Part shown: positions 38,394 to 47,500 of the stretch, piece by piece
How positions within the stretch are numbered: position 1 is the stretch's first letter
Layout: each line of letters opens with the position of its first letter
Origin: Candidatus Schekmanbacteria bacterium RIFCSPLOWO2_02_FULL_38_14
Lineage (GTDB): Bacteria; Schekmanbacteria; GWA2-38-11
Length of the DNA: 64,000 nucleotides
Assembly (NCBI GenBank): GCA_001790855.1
Contig: MGDH01000022.1
Span: 7,116-71,115 of the forward strand
Reading direction: 5' to 3'
Notes under the pieces: generated by a model
The model's database searches: none
What the model saw: only the letters and a program-made list of their open reading frames with translations
Told to the model about the DNA's origin: nothing
Made by a program: the position numbers and the translations under genes

Positions 38394-39089
38394 ATGAAAG
38401 CATTTCTGTTAGCTGCAGGACTGGGAACACGCCTCAGACCAATAACGAATAAGATTCCAAAATGTTTGGTTAAGATTCATAATCAACCTCTTTTATATTA
38501 CTGGTTGAAGCTGTGCGAGAAGTATGGGGTAAATGAAGTTATTATTAACCTCCATTATCTTCCTGAGAAGGTCAAAGAATTCCTTGAGAAAAATCAGACT
38601 GCTGTCCGTTTAAAAACTGTGTATGAGGAAGAACTTTTTGGAAGCGGAGGAACGATTTTTAAGAATAAGGATTTTGTTAAAGGCGAAGAGTCATTTTTTA
38701 TTTTTTATGCTGATAATCTTACAAATGTCAACCTTGATAAAATAAAATCCTTTCACAAAACACACAACGGCTTTCTTACAATGGGACTTTTTATGACAAA
38801 CTCTCCAGAAAACTGCGGGATTGCAGAACTTGACGGGAATAAAAGGATAATTGATTTTGTGGAAAAACCTAAGAAACCCAAAAGCAATCTGGCAAATGCA
38901 GGAATTTATCTCGCCCGGCAAGAGATATTTTCATTCTTTCCTAATGATAACAAGCTGATAGATTTTGGGGTTGACATTTTGCCAAAATTGGTAAATAAAA
39001 TGTACGGATATCTTATATCAGAGTATCTGATTGATATAGGTACTATGGAGAATTACGAAAAAGCTCAGAAAGAGTGGAAAGGTTTGTGA
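38394..39089 (+). CDS. hddC: Sugar-phosphate nucleotidyltransferase (D-glycero-alpha-D-manno-heptose-1-phosphate guanylyltransferase-like)
   Basis: MKAFLLAAGLGTRLRPITNKIPKCLV is an NTP-transferase motif. It is followed immediately by a GHMP kinase gene, a SIS isomerase gene and a heptose bisphosphate phosphatase gene. The gene name comes from operon context. Confidence 0.55.
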   Translation: MKAFLLAAGLGTRLRPITNKIPKCLVKIHNQPLLYYWLKLCEKYGVNEVIINLHYLPEKVKEFLEKNQTAVRLKTVYEEELFGSGGTIFKNKDFVKGEESFFIFYADNLTNVNLDKIKSFHKTHNGFLTMGLFMTNSPENCGIAELDGNKRIIDFVEKPKKPKSNLANAGIYLARQEIFSFFPNDNKLIDFGVDILPKLVNKMYGYLISEYLIDIGTMENYEKAQKEWKGL

Positions 39090-39092
39090 GGT

Positions 39093-40073
39093 ATGATAAT
39101 TTCTCAAACCCCCTTAAGAATCAGCTTTGCAGGCGGGGGAACAGATTTTAAGGATTATTACAAGAACTTTGATGGTGGAGTTGTTATAAGCACAGCTATT
39201 GATAAATATGTTTATGTTATTATAAAAAAAAGGTTTGATAAGAATATTCGCATTGGTTATTCAATAACAGAGCTGGTGGATGAAGTAGATTCGATAAAAC
39301 ATGACCTTGTAAGAGAGGGGTTGAAACGGGCTAAGATTTCCGGAGGAGTTGAGATATCGACGATGGCAGATATCCCTTCAACAGGCTCTGGTCTTGGTTC
39401 ATCAAGCAGTGTTACAGTAGGCCTTCTTAATGCGATGTATGCTTTCCAGGGAATACAGAAAACATCAGAAGAGCTGGCAAAAGAAGCCTGCGAGATAGAG
39501 ATAGATATTTTAAAAAAACCAATCGGAAAACAGGATCAGTATATAGCGGCATATGGGAGTTTAAGAGAAATCCATTTCAAAAAGGACGGGAAGGTGAAAG
39601 TTGATGAGATAAAAATTCCAGAGGAAGTTAAGGAGAAATTAAATAGGAACCTGCTTTTGTTTTATACCGGGGAAAAAAGAGATTCAAGTACTGTTTTATT
39701 AGAGCAGAAAAATAATATTAACACCTTTTTTAACACTTTGAATGAAATGAAGGCAATGGTTCCTGAATTTAAAAAAGCCCTGCAGAAAGGTGAAATTGAT
39801 GAGTTTGGGAGGCTTTTGCATAGTACATGGGAATACAAGAAAAGTTTGGCAAGCAAGATAACAAATTCTCATATAGACAAACTCTACGAGAAAGCCATTG
39901 ATGCAGGTGCGCTTGGAGGGAAAATTGCAGGCGCAGGAGGCGGTGGTTTTCTCCTCCTATACTGTCCCTATAAAAAACAGGATAAAGTAAAAAGCTCTTT
40001 AACCGGTTTGAAGGAACTCAAGTTTGGATTTGAAAGGGACGGAAGTAAAATTATTTTCAATATAAATAAGTAA
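39093..40073 (+). CDS. hddA: GHMP-family sugar kinase (D-glycero-alpha-D-manno-heptose 7-phosphate kinase-like)
   Basis: GHMP motif [19 protein letters not shown] and C-terminal GAGGGGF. Operon context with gmhA and gmhB. Confidence 0.6.
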   Translation: MIISQTPLRISFAGGGTDFKDYYKNFDGGVVISTAIDKYVYVIIKKRFDKNIRIGYSITELVDEVDSIKHDLVREGLKRAKISGGVEISTMADIPSTGSGLGSSSSVTVGLLNAMYAFQGIQKTSEELAKEACEIEIDILKKPIGKQDQYIAAYGSLREIHFKKDGKVKVDEIKIPEEVKEKLNRNLLLFYTGEKRDSSTVLLEQKNNINTFFNTLNEMKAMVPEFKKALQKGEIDEFGRLLHSTWEYKKSLASKITNSHIDKLYEKAIDAGALGGKIAGAGGGGFLLLYCPYKKQDKVKSSLTGLKELKFGFERDGSKIIFNINK

Positions 40074-40117
40074 ATTGCAGCTATGAACTGTAAGGCATAA
40101 GTGATAAGGAATTTCTT

Positions 40118-40699
40118 ATGAGAGAGATAAAAGAATATTTGATTGACGTAGGGTCTATATTAAACACATTTCCTGTTGAAAAAATTAATGAAATTATAAA
40201 CAAGCTTATAGATGCTTACAGAAACAACAGACAGATATTTCTGTTTGGAAACGGAGGAAGTGCAGCTACAGCCTCCCATTTTGCTTGCGATTTGGGAAAA
40301 AGTACCGCAATGCAAAACAGAAAAAGATTCAGGGTGTATTCATTGGCAGATAACATTCCTCTTCTGACTGCGTGGGCAAATGATACTGATTATGAATTCA
40401 TATTTTCAGAACAGATGGAGAATTTTATTGAAAATGGCGACATAGCTTTTGCACTCAGCGGAAGCGGAAATTCAAAAAATGTGCTTAATGCCCTGAAACT
40501 TGCGAAGGGAAAAAATATTTTCACAATAGGGCTTACTGGCTATGCAGGAGGAAAGATGAAAGACCTCTGTGATATATGCCTCATAGTTCCGAGTGATAAT
40601 ATGCAAAAGATAGAAGATGTTCATCTCGTTTTATGCCATGTAATCTTTTCAAGAATCAGAGACAGATTATCTGTAAATGGAAGCAGTATTCATAGATAG
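40118..40699 (+). CDS. gmhA: Phosphoheptose isomerase (SIS domain)
   Basis: IFLFGNGGSAATASHFACDLGK...IAFALSGSGNSKN... is the GmhA signature. Confidence 0.8.
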   Translation: MREIKEYLIDVGSILNTFPVEKINEIINKLIDAYRNNRQIFLFGNGGSAATASHFACDLGKSTAMQNRKRFRVYSLADNIPLLTAWANDTDYEFIFSEQMENFIENGDIAFALSGSGNSKNVLNALKLAKGKNIFTIGLTGYAGGKMKDLCDICLIVPSDNMQKIEDVHLVLCHVIFSRIRDRLSVNGSSIHR

Positions 40700-41234
40700 A
40701 GACGGCGTTATAAATGAAAACCTTAACGGCGATTATGTTAAGGAGTGGAAAGAATTTAAATTCCTTCCAGGAGTTCTTCACTCGCTTAAACTCCTCAAAA
40801 CAAATAAGGTAAAAGTAGTAGTTGTGTCTAATCAATCAGGAGTTGCCAAAGGATTGATGACAGAGAAACAGCTCAGCAATGTAAGCCGTTATTTTGTTAA
40901 AAAAGTAAAGGATTGTGGAGGAAATATAGAAGCTATTTATTACTGCGTTCATAATGTCGGCGAGAACTGTGACTGCAGAAAGCCAAAACCAGGACTCCTG
41001 TTAAAAGCATCAAAAGAGCTCGGAATTGACCTTAATAAAACTTATATTGTTGGTGATTACATAAGCGATATAGAGGCAGGAGTTACTGCTGGTTCAAAAA
41101 CAATTTTGGTTAGAACCGGGAGAGGAAAAGAAACTATCTCAAAGAGAGACGAATGGACTGTTGAACCTGATTATATAGTCTCAGACCTCAGTGAGGCAGT
41201 AGAGATTATAATAAAATCAAAACTTAAGAGTTAA
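40677..41234 (+). CDS. gmhB: D-glycero-D-manno-heptose 1,7-bisphosphate phosphatase (HAD-IIIA)
   Basis: AVFIDRDGVIN... is the HAD motif I. A CxxxC...CDCRKPKPG zinc motif and GDYISD are typical of GmhB. Confidence 0.75.
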   Translation: MEAVFIDRDGVINENLNGDYVKEWKEFKFLPGVLHSLKLLKTNKVKVVVVSNQSGVAKGLMTEKQLSNVSRYFVKKVKDCGGNIEAIYYCVHNVGENCDCRKPKPGLLLKASKELGIDLNKTYIVGDYISDIEAGVTAGSKTILVRTGRGKETISKRDEWTVEPDYIVSDLSEAVEIIIKSKLKS

Positions 41235-41278
41235 AAGGCAGAACTAAAAATATAACTCTGATACAGAGGGAGGGATGA

Positions 41279-42220
41279 GTGAAAAAAGCTTTAGTAACTG
41301 GCGGGGCAGGTTTTATTGCTTCCCACGTTGTTGATGCCCTGATTGAAAGAGGTTACGAGGTTGCAATAGTTGATAACCTTTCAACAGGGTATGAGAGAAA
41401 CCTCAACTCAAAGGCTAAATTCTATAAAATGGATATAAGGGACGAGAACCTTAAAGATGTTTTTGATAAGGAAAAACCCGAACTTGTAAACCATCATGCT
41501 GCTCAGATGGATGTGAGAAAATCTGTTACAGACCCGATTTATGATGCTCAGGTAAATGTTCTTGGCTCTTTAAACCTTCTTGAAAACTGCAAAAGAGTTG
41601 GAGTTAAAAAGATAGTTTATGCTTCAACAGGAGGCGCGGTTTATGGTGAGCCAAGCCCCGATATTTTTCCTGTTGATGAGAAGTGTGATGTTGATCCACT
41701 TTCCCAGTATGGAATTACAAAGCATGTTGTAGAGCATTATTTATCACTTTATTATAAACTCTACAGCTTGAGATATGCTGTTCTGAGATACCCCAATGTC
41801 TATGGACCGAGGCAGGATCCTCACGGTGAGGCAGGAGTTGTTGCAATTTTCACAGAACAGATGCTTGAAGGAATTACTCCAAAGATTTTTGGTGATGGTT
41901 CTAAAACAAGAGACTACGTATTTGTTGGAGACATAGTAAAAGCTAATATGATTGCCATTGATAAAGGGGAGAATGATGTTTTTAATCTTGGCTGGGGCAG
42001 GGAAATTACTGATTTTGAAATATTTGATGCAATACGTATAGCATTGGGGCTGAAAATTAAACCAATTTATGCAGAGAAACGGCTTGGAGAGATAGACAGA
42101 ATCTGCCTTGATGCTTCAAAGGCAAAAAAAGTTTTAGGCTGGCAGCCAACTGTATGCCTAAAAGAAGGGATTGCAAAGGCAGTTGAGTATTACAGGAAGA
42201 AAAAAACAGGCTCATTGTAA
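41279..42220 (+). CDS. NAD-dependent sugar-nucleotide epimerase/dehydratase (GalE-like SDR), GTG start
   Basis: VTGGAGFIASHVVDAL plus a YxxxK catalytic pair at YGITKHVVE. It terminates the heptose cluster and is possibly a GDP-heptose epimerase. Confidence 0.7.
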   Translation: MKKALVTGGAGFIASHVVDALIERGYEVAIVDNLSTGYERNLNSKAKFYKMDIRDENLKDVFDKEKPELVNHHAAQMDVRKSVTDPIYDAQVNVLGSLNLLENCKRVGVKKIVYASTGGAVYGEPSPDIFPVDEKCDVDPLSQYGITKHVVEHYLSLYYKLYSLRYAVLRYPNVYGPRQDPHGEAGVVAIFTEQMLEGITPKIFGDGSKTRDYVFVGDIVKANMIAIDKGENDVFNLGWGREITDFEIFDAIRIALGLKIKPIYAEKRLGEIDRICLDASKAKKVLGWQPTVCLKEGIAKAVEYYRKKKTGSL

Positions 42221-42763
42221 GATTTCGCTTTTCCTAAAAAGTGCTTCAAATTCATAACCTTCCTTTTGAACATTTTTCCTTCCACCCTCTTCGCGGTCAA
42301 CAAGGGCAATTACTTTTATTATTTTACCTCTTTCATTTTCAACTGCTTTTATTATTTTTAGTGTTGAAGCCCCTGTTGTCACAACATCCTCAACAATTAT
42401 AACCCTGTTTCCGGGTTTGAATATTCCTTCAATCATTTTCATTGTTCCATGGGATTTTGCCTCTTTTCTCACATAGAAACCCGGGACAGGTTTTTCTGAC
42501 AACGCACTTGCAATTGAAACAGCGCTTACAATCGGGTCAGCACCAAGGGTTGGACCTCCTATGCAGTCAAAATCCAGATGTTTTATTTTTTTAAAAATAA
42601 TTTCTCCTATTAATTTTGCTCCCATTGGATGCAATGATGTTCTGCGCATATCAATATAGAAATTACTCTTTTTCCCGGAAGCTAATATGAATTCTCCTTT
42701 AAATACTGATTCTTTTTTTATAATATCAAGCAACTGTTTTTTAAGTTTCTCAATTTTATCCAT
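42212..42763 (-). CDS. pyrE: Orotate phosphoribosyltransferase
   Basis: PRPP-binding VIIVEDVVTTGAST and upstream conserved blocks. Length is 183 aa. Confidence 0.85.
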   Translation of the reverse strand: MDKIEKLKKQLLDIIKKESVFKGEFILASGKKSNFYIDMRRTSLHPMGAKLIGEIIFKKIKHLDFDCIGGPTLGADPIVSAVSIASALSEKPVPGFYVRKEAKSHGTMKMIEGIFKPGNRVIIVEDVVTTGASTLKIIKAVENERGKIIKVIALVDREEGGRKNVQKEGYEFEALFRKSEILQ

Positions 42764-42807
42764 TTCCGCTCCTAAAAATTTACAGTTTATAGCCTGAAGC
42801 TAACCAA

Positions 42808-44316
42808 TTAATTATATTCTATAATTTCAGCTTGGATTTTTCCAATTATATTTACAAGTGGACTTATATCATCAAAGGTTTCTCCTTCGACGAATTTTAT
42901 ATGAGTTGCATCAGCAGGAATCTGGTTGAATGTAGGGTCAATAGCAACCCATTTCCCAGCATAGCTTTCAGCCCAGGCATGATAGAGAAAACCTTTTTCC
43001 TCCATATAGACTATCCCTGAAACGATTTTTGTTGGTATGCCAGAAGCCCTTGCAAGGGCTGTGTAGAGATAAGTGTGCGCCTGACATTCTCCTTTTTTTG
43101 AATGAAGAACGTTCAGTGCTGAGAATGAATCAGAAAAATCATTTTCAACTTCCCTACTTACCCACTGTACAAGCTTCTTTATTGCAATAAAAGAGTTTTT
43201 TTCATCTCCAACTACTTCTTTGGATTTTTCAATAATCTCCTGATTGGAACTCTGGATGTAAATAGACGGTTTTAGATATTTATTCAGCAGAGGCTCATTT
43301 ATTGGCAGCAATGATGGTTTTTCTATTTCAGCAGGGATTAAATCTATTTTATACTCAACCTTTGAAATGCCATTTTTAGCAAGCTTATATGCTTTCTGTC
43401 TCTCATCAGAGATTATAGCATCTTCCTCATCCATTCCTACCAGCTTTAAATGGAGAGTTTTAACATTCTTGGGGTTGTTGATAATTTTATCAGCTTTTAC
43501 CAGGCTGAAATCAAGAAGGATGTCATCTTTAGAGAGGCTTTCCTGATATATAAATTTTTTTGCAGAGATTTCATCTTCTTTCATTGAGATTAAAAGCCCC
43601 CCCATTTCAATTTCAATAAGGCTTTCACCATCTTTATTTATCCAGCTATCTGCGCTTACAAGTCCAATTGATGTTCTGACCTTGAATGCAGGTTCATCAC
43701 AGAGTTCATTTTTTTCATAGGAAAGAATTTTTTGTTTTATGTTCTGGAGTGATTGTATTTCTAAAAGGTAACTCTGATAGCTAAAAACATCTCCAATTTT
43801 AAATCCTTTAAGAAAAGGATAGAGATATGGTGCAGTTGAGGAATATAGTTTATTTTTTAATTTAAATTTTTGGGAATGGGTTAAGTTTTCATCTACAATT
43901 TTAACTGTAAGTTCTTCATCTTTAACTTCACCATTCATAATAACCTTTTTATCCCCAATCCTCTCCTCTCCGGAGAAGCTAATAAGAGAAAGGTCTGGAT
44001 TTACGAGGTCTGTTTCTTTAAGATTTATTTCTTGCTTAAAACCTAAAAAGCTGAATTTTAGAAGTGCTTCTGATGTTATTTTGTAGACTTCAGGGTTGTC
44101 CTGATATTTTTCAATCTTGTAATGGTTAAACCCTACTTTTTTCTGCCCGTTGAGTATTATCCCGAACCATGATTCATTATGCTTGAGGTTAGATAGATTT
44201 TCAAATGGCTTGACCGGCTCAGTGAGTGGGATCTTCTTTGCATACATCCATGAGAAATTACAGCATGCTGAAAGAAAAAACGGAGAAATTAAAATTAAAA
44301 ATGTTTTATGTTTCAT
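42808..44316 (-). CDS. Transglutaminase-like domain lipoprotein
   Basis: N-terminal lipobox FLSAC. C-terminal GECQAHTYLYTALARASGIPTKIVSGIVY...YHAWAESY is a transglutaminase-like Cys-His core. Confidence 0.6.
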   Translation of the reverse strand: MKHKTFLILISPFFLSACCNFSWMYAKKIPLTEPVKPFENLSNLKHNESWFGIILNGQKKVGFNHYKIEKYQDNPEVYKITSEALLKFSFLGFKQEINLKETDLVNPDLSLISFSGEERIGDKKVIMNGEVKDEELTVKIVDENLTHSQKFKLKNKLYSSTAPYLYPFLKGFKIGDVFSYQSYLLEIQSLQNIKQKILSYEKNELCDEPAFKVRTSIGLVSADSWINKDGESLIEIEMGGLLISMKEDEISAKKFIYQESLSKDDILLDFSLVKADKIINNPKNVKTLHLKLVGMDEEDAIISDERQKAYKLAKNGISKVEYKIDLIPAEIEKPSLLPINEPLLNKYLKPSIYIQSSNQEIIEKSKEVVGDEKNSFIAIKKLVQWVSREVENDFSDSFSALNVLHSKKGECQAHTYLYTALARASGIPTKIVSGIVYMEEKGFLYHAWAESYAGKWVAIDPTFNQIPADATHIKFVEGETFDDISPLVNIIGKIQAEIIEYN

Positions 44317-44459
44317 ATGTCCTACTAGTTTTAATTAATTTAAAACATATCAGGAGTAAAGGCAATTAAAAACAGGATTGTTCTGACTTTTATGTTGAAT
44401 TATTTAACAGAATTCCTATGTTTAGTATAGAAATAAAAATTATTATAAGGAGGAATGAA

Positions 44460-45231
44460 ATGAAAAAAAGATTGATCCTAATAAATGTTTGCTTGCTGGT
44501 TTTATTAAGTTTTTTATCATTTGAATACTTGCAAGCAGGTTATAGTGTTGGTGGAAAAAAGGGTAGTAAAATCACAAAGGTTCAGCTTTTACCTCAGACT
44601 GCAAAGGTTAAGGTTGGAAAGACAAGGAAATTTACTGCAAATGTAATTGGCAAGGGCAAGTTTAACAGGAGTGTATTATGGTCTGTTGATGGCGGAGATG
44701 TTGACGGTACATTTTCTTCTACAGGGAGTAAACAAGCGACCTATCAAGCCCCTGATTCTGTTCCTGAAGGTGGAAAGGTAATAATTCCGTGCAACAAGCA
44801 ATGGTGATAGTTTAGTCTCAGGAACAGCAAACATTACAATCTTAGGAGTTTCGACTACAACAACAACTACAACCACTACTTCAACCACAACAACCACTAT
44901 TCCAACAGCTATTCCAGGAAGCAGCGTTAACAATACAATCACAATTGAAAATTTTTCCTTTAGCCCTATTAATATAAGCGTTGACTCGGGAACTACAATA
45001 ACTGTTACAAATAAAGACGGAAGCGGGCACTCAGTGACAAGCCAGGCTAAAGCAGGAGATTTTAAATCAGGCTCAGTTGGCGGAGTTTCTTTTGACACAG
45101 GTTTATTTACAACTACTGACCAAACAATTACGATTCCATCTGATGCGGTTTCAGGAACTGTTATTCCATATTTTTGCACACTTCACAAATCCTCTATGTC
45201 AACTAAAAACGGCTATGTGACTGTGGAATAA
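44460..45231 (+). pseudogene. Secreted Big_2 domain / Thr-rich linker / cupredoxin-domain protein, interrupted by a single-base frameshift near 44788
   Basis: Signal peptide MKKRLILINVCLLVLLSF. Big_2-like KVKVGKTRKFTANVIG...WSVDGG...ATYQAP...GGKVII continues in the +1 frame as ATSNGDSLVSGTANITILGV. Then a Thr/Ser-rich linker. Then ITIENFSFSPINISVDSGTTITVTNKDGSGHSV...YFCTLHKSSM carries type-1 copper ligands H, C-x2-H-x3-M. Removing one base in CCGTGCAAC restores a single 256-aa ORF. Confidence 0.55.
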
Positions 45232-45274
45232 ATGGAAAGTGAGAGGGAATTGTTTTATTCAAGTATTTCATTTG

Positions 45275-45577
45275 CTATGGCATCGTGTTTTTCAGAATTG
45301 TATTCTCTATCGCTATTTTATCTTCTTCTATTATTTTTTCCTCTCTCTCACCTGTTCTGTTATCCACTGCAACTATCCTGCACCTGCTTCCGAAAACGCA
45401 GATTACTTCGTTTTGATATTGATGATAATGATTCCCGCGAACAACTTCTGGTTTAAGACTTACAAGATGCAGATTGAAAAGCTTTTTGCTTTGAAGCTCT
45501 TCATCGCTGATTGGTCTTATTGCAATACCGCGGTTATCAGATGAGAAGTTTAAATCCTCAATTTTTATAAATTTCAT
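45275..45577 (-). CDS. Cupin-fold small protein, hypothetical
   Basis: 100 aa. ...VVRGNHYHQYQNEVICVFGSRCRIV resembles a cupin metal-binding motif. Confidence 0.3.
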   Translation of the reverse strand: MKFIKIEDLNFSSDNRGIAIRPISDEELQSKKLFNLHLVSLKPEVVRGNHYHQYQNEVICVFGSRCRIVAVDNRTGEREEKIIEEDKIAIENTILKNTMP

Positions 45578-45589
45578 AACATCTCACTT

Positions 45590-45730
45590 TTATGTTTAAG
45601 TTCCAAATTCTAATATCTAAATCCTAAACAAATTCCAAATTCTAATCACCTAAATTCAAAACAAATTTGAAGATTTGAATTTTGGATTTAGATATTGTTT
45701 AGGATTTCGAATTTAGGATTTAATCCCACT
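45590..45730. repeat. AT-rich palindromic intergenic repeat cluster (GTTTAGGATTTCGAATTTAGGATTT and its complement)
   Basis: Left part TTCCAAATTCTAATATCTAAATCCTAAACAA and right part GATATTGTTTAGGATTTCGAATTTAGGATTT are mutual reverse complements. Family members occur at 27468, 47394-47500, 49430-49571 and 51975-52040. Confidence 0.6.
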
Positions 45731-45735
45731 ATCTA

Positions 45736-46587
45736 TCATTTCCACGCAATTAATATGCTTATGTACGGTGATTTTATTGCTTCCTGTGCTTCCTTGTCAA
45801 AAAAGTAGTAATTGCTATAATATTTATCAAGCTCTGCTTTTACATCACTGTATAGCAGAGTTTTAGCGCCTATTTTTGAAAATGCCTTGTCATATCCATA
45901 AATCTTTCCTGTGATACTAAGCCAGTCTCCGAGAACAAGGATATCTGCAGCTTTTGCAATGTTTGCAATTGAACTTATGCCTGCATAGGTTATTGTGTAG
46001 CGCTCGTATAAAAGGGCTGGTGGAGTTATAGAGGCGAGGAGTTCTTTTGATGGTGATTCCTTAATGTCCCAGAGAAACGGGTTTATTTTAACTTCTGGGA
46101 AATCTTCTTTTAGCTTATCTATTACTTTATTTATTACAGGTTTTGACTCGGTGACAACAAGTGGAAAATAGTTTTTTTTACTTTTCATTGCTTTGCAGGC
46201 AAGACGTGTTAGTTTGCCGTTTCCTGCGCCTATTTCCAAAAGAGTTTTAGGTTTGATTGCTCCAGCAAGTGTGATTGCAATTTCTACAACTGTTTCCCCG
46301 AAAAACTGGTGAAAAACTCCGCCTGAAATTGCTGCAAAGGCTTCTCTCAGTTTAGGGCTGTTCCAGTCAAACTCTCCAAGGTTTTCCATTTCAATCAAAA
46401 TCTTCATTGCCCGCAGTTCGTTGTGGAATGCTTTTGGAATTTTATTTTCATCTACCGGTTGGCGATGATAAACCTTTTCTGACGCTTCAGCCCAGATTTC
46501 CCAGTTTTCAAAATGCTCTATCTGAAAACGAGTATATCTTTCTTGAAGAGCTACGAGTTTATCTTTTACAAGCTGGTGGTTAAGCAT
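45736..46587 (-). CDS. Hypothetical protein, possible class I SAM-dependent methyltransferase
   Basis: LLEIGAGNGKLTRLA resembles SAM-binding motif I (E/D-x-G-x-G-x-G). No further motif support. Confidence 0.3.
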   Translation of the reverse strand: MLNHQLVKDKLVALQERYTRFQIEHFENWEIWAEASEKVYHRQPVDENKIPKAFHNELRAMKILIEMENLGEFDWNSPKLREAFAAISGGVFHQFFGETVVEIAITLAGAIKPKTLLEIGAGNGKLTRLACKAMKSKKNYFPLVVTESKPVINKVIDKLKEDFPEVKINPFLWDIKESPSKELLASITPPALLYERYTITYAGISSIANIAKAADILVLGDWLSITGKIYGYDKAFSKIGAKTLLYSDVKAELDKYYSNYYFFDKEAQEAIKSPYISILIAWK

Positions 46588-46637
46588 TTAAAAATCCCTT
46601 ATGTGTAAAGGGTTAAAGGATTCGAGGATTTCCGGGT

Positions 46638-47393
46638 TTATCCCTGTTGTACGAGCTTTTTTACTTTTTCAACAACATCCTTACTTTCTGAAAATCCTTT
46701 TGGACATTCAACAACGCATTCAGATGGCTTTTCGCATTTAAGGATTCCAAGTTCCCTTAACTCATGGATTCTTGCATCTCTTGTTGCATCTCTTGCATCA
46801 AGGATGAACCTATATGATTTTACAATGCTGGCTGGGCTTAAAAAAGAGCTGTCCTTATCGAGTACCATACAATCTGAATGGCATACAGCACAAAGTGTGC
46901 ACTGGGAGATCTTTGTGAGAGTATTGAAATCATCAGAATAATTAACCCTGAATTCACCTGATTCCGGAATTTTTGAAAAATCCTTTACAAGCCATGGCTT
47001 TGCTTTTTTCAAATTTTCTATGAAGGGTTCAAGGTCAACAACGAGGTCTTTAATGAGATTAAAATGCTTTAATGGCTCAATTACTATTACCCCGTTTTTA
47101 GGGAGTATGTCCTTTGCCTGAGTATTACAGGCGAGCATTGCCTTTCCATTAATGCGGACTGCGCAGGAACCACAGATGGCGCTTCTGCATGAACGTCTAA
47201 AGGTCAGTGTTCCATCAATTGTTTCTTTTATCTTAATCAGGGTATCAAGAACAGTCTCTCCGCCGGTGATTTTAATCTTGTAGTTTTTAAAATGTGGTTT
47301 GGGGTCTGTATCCTTATTGAACCTCTGGATTTCAAGGGTGATTTGTTTGTCCTTCATTTTTGCTCCTTTAGTAATTATAAGTTTAAATGACAA
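46638..47393 (-). CDS. sdhB: Succinate dehydrogenase / fumarate reductase iron-sulfur subunit
   Basis: 2Fe-2S motif FRRSCRSAICGSCAVRINGKAMLAC, then CxxCxxC...CP cluster motifs. Length is 251 aa. Confidence 0.85.
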   Translation of the reverse strand: MSFKLIITKGAKMKDKQITLEIQRFNKDTDPKPHFKNYKIKITGGETVLDTLIKIKETIDGTLTFRRSCRSAICGSCAVRINGKAMLACNTQAKDILPKNGVIVIEPLKHFNLIKDLVVDLEPFIENLKKAKPWLVKDFSKIPESGEFRVNYSDDFNTLTKISQCTLCAVCHSDCMVLDKDSSFLSPASIVKSYRFILDARDATRDARIHELRELGILKCEKPSECVVECPKGFSESKDVVEKVKKLVQQG

Positions 47394-47500
47394 AATCCAA
47401 ATTTCAAATCAATAACAAAATCCAAATGTTAAAAGTTTTAATCATTGGAGCTTTGAATTTCATTTGAACTTTGAGATTTAGCATTTGTCATTAGCTTGTC
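47394..47500. repeat. AT-rich intergenic repeat (AAAATCCAAAT / GAATTT units) between frdA and frdB
   Basis: AAAATCCAAATTTCAAATCAATAACAAAATCCAAAT...TTTGAATTTCATTTGAACTTTGAGATTTAG shares ATCCAAAT/GAATTT unit motifs with the 45590, 49430 and 51975 repeats. Confidence 0.45.

Noticed and set aside
44676-45179. 167-aa minus-strand ORF rich in Val (VVVVEVVVVVVVVV)
   Set aside because: It is the antisense reading of the Thr/Ser-rich linker (ACA/ACT codon repeats) of the Big_2-cupredoxin gene. It is a compositional artefact.
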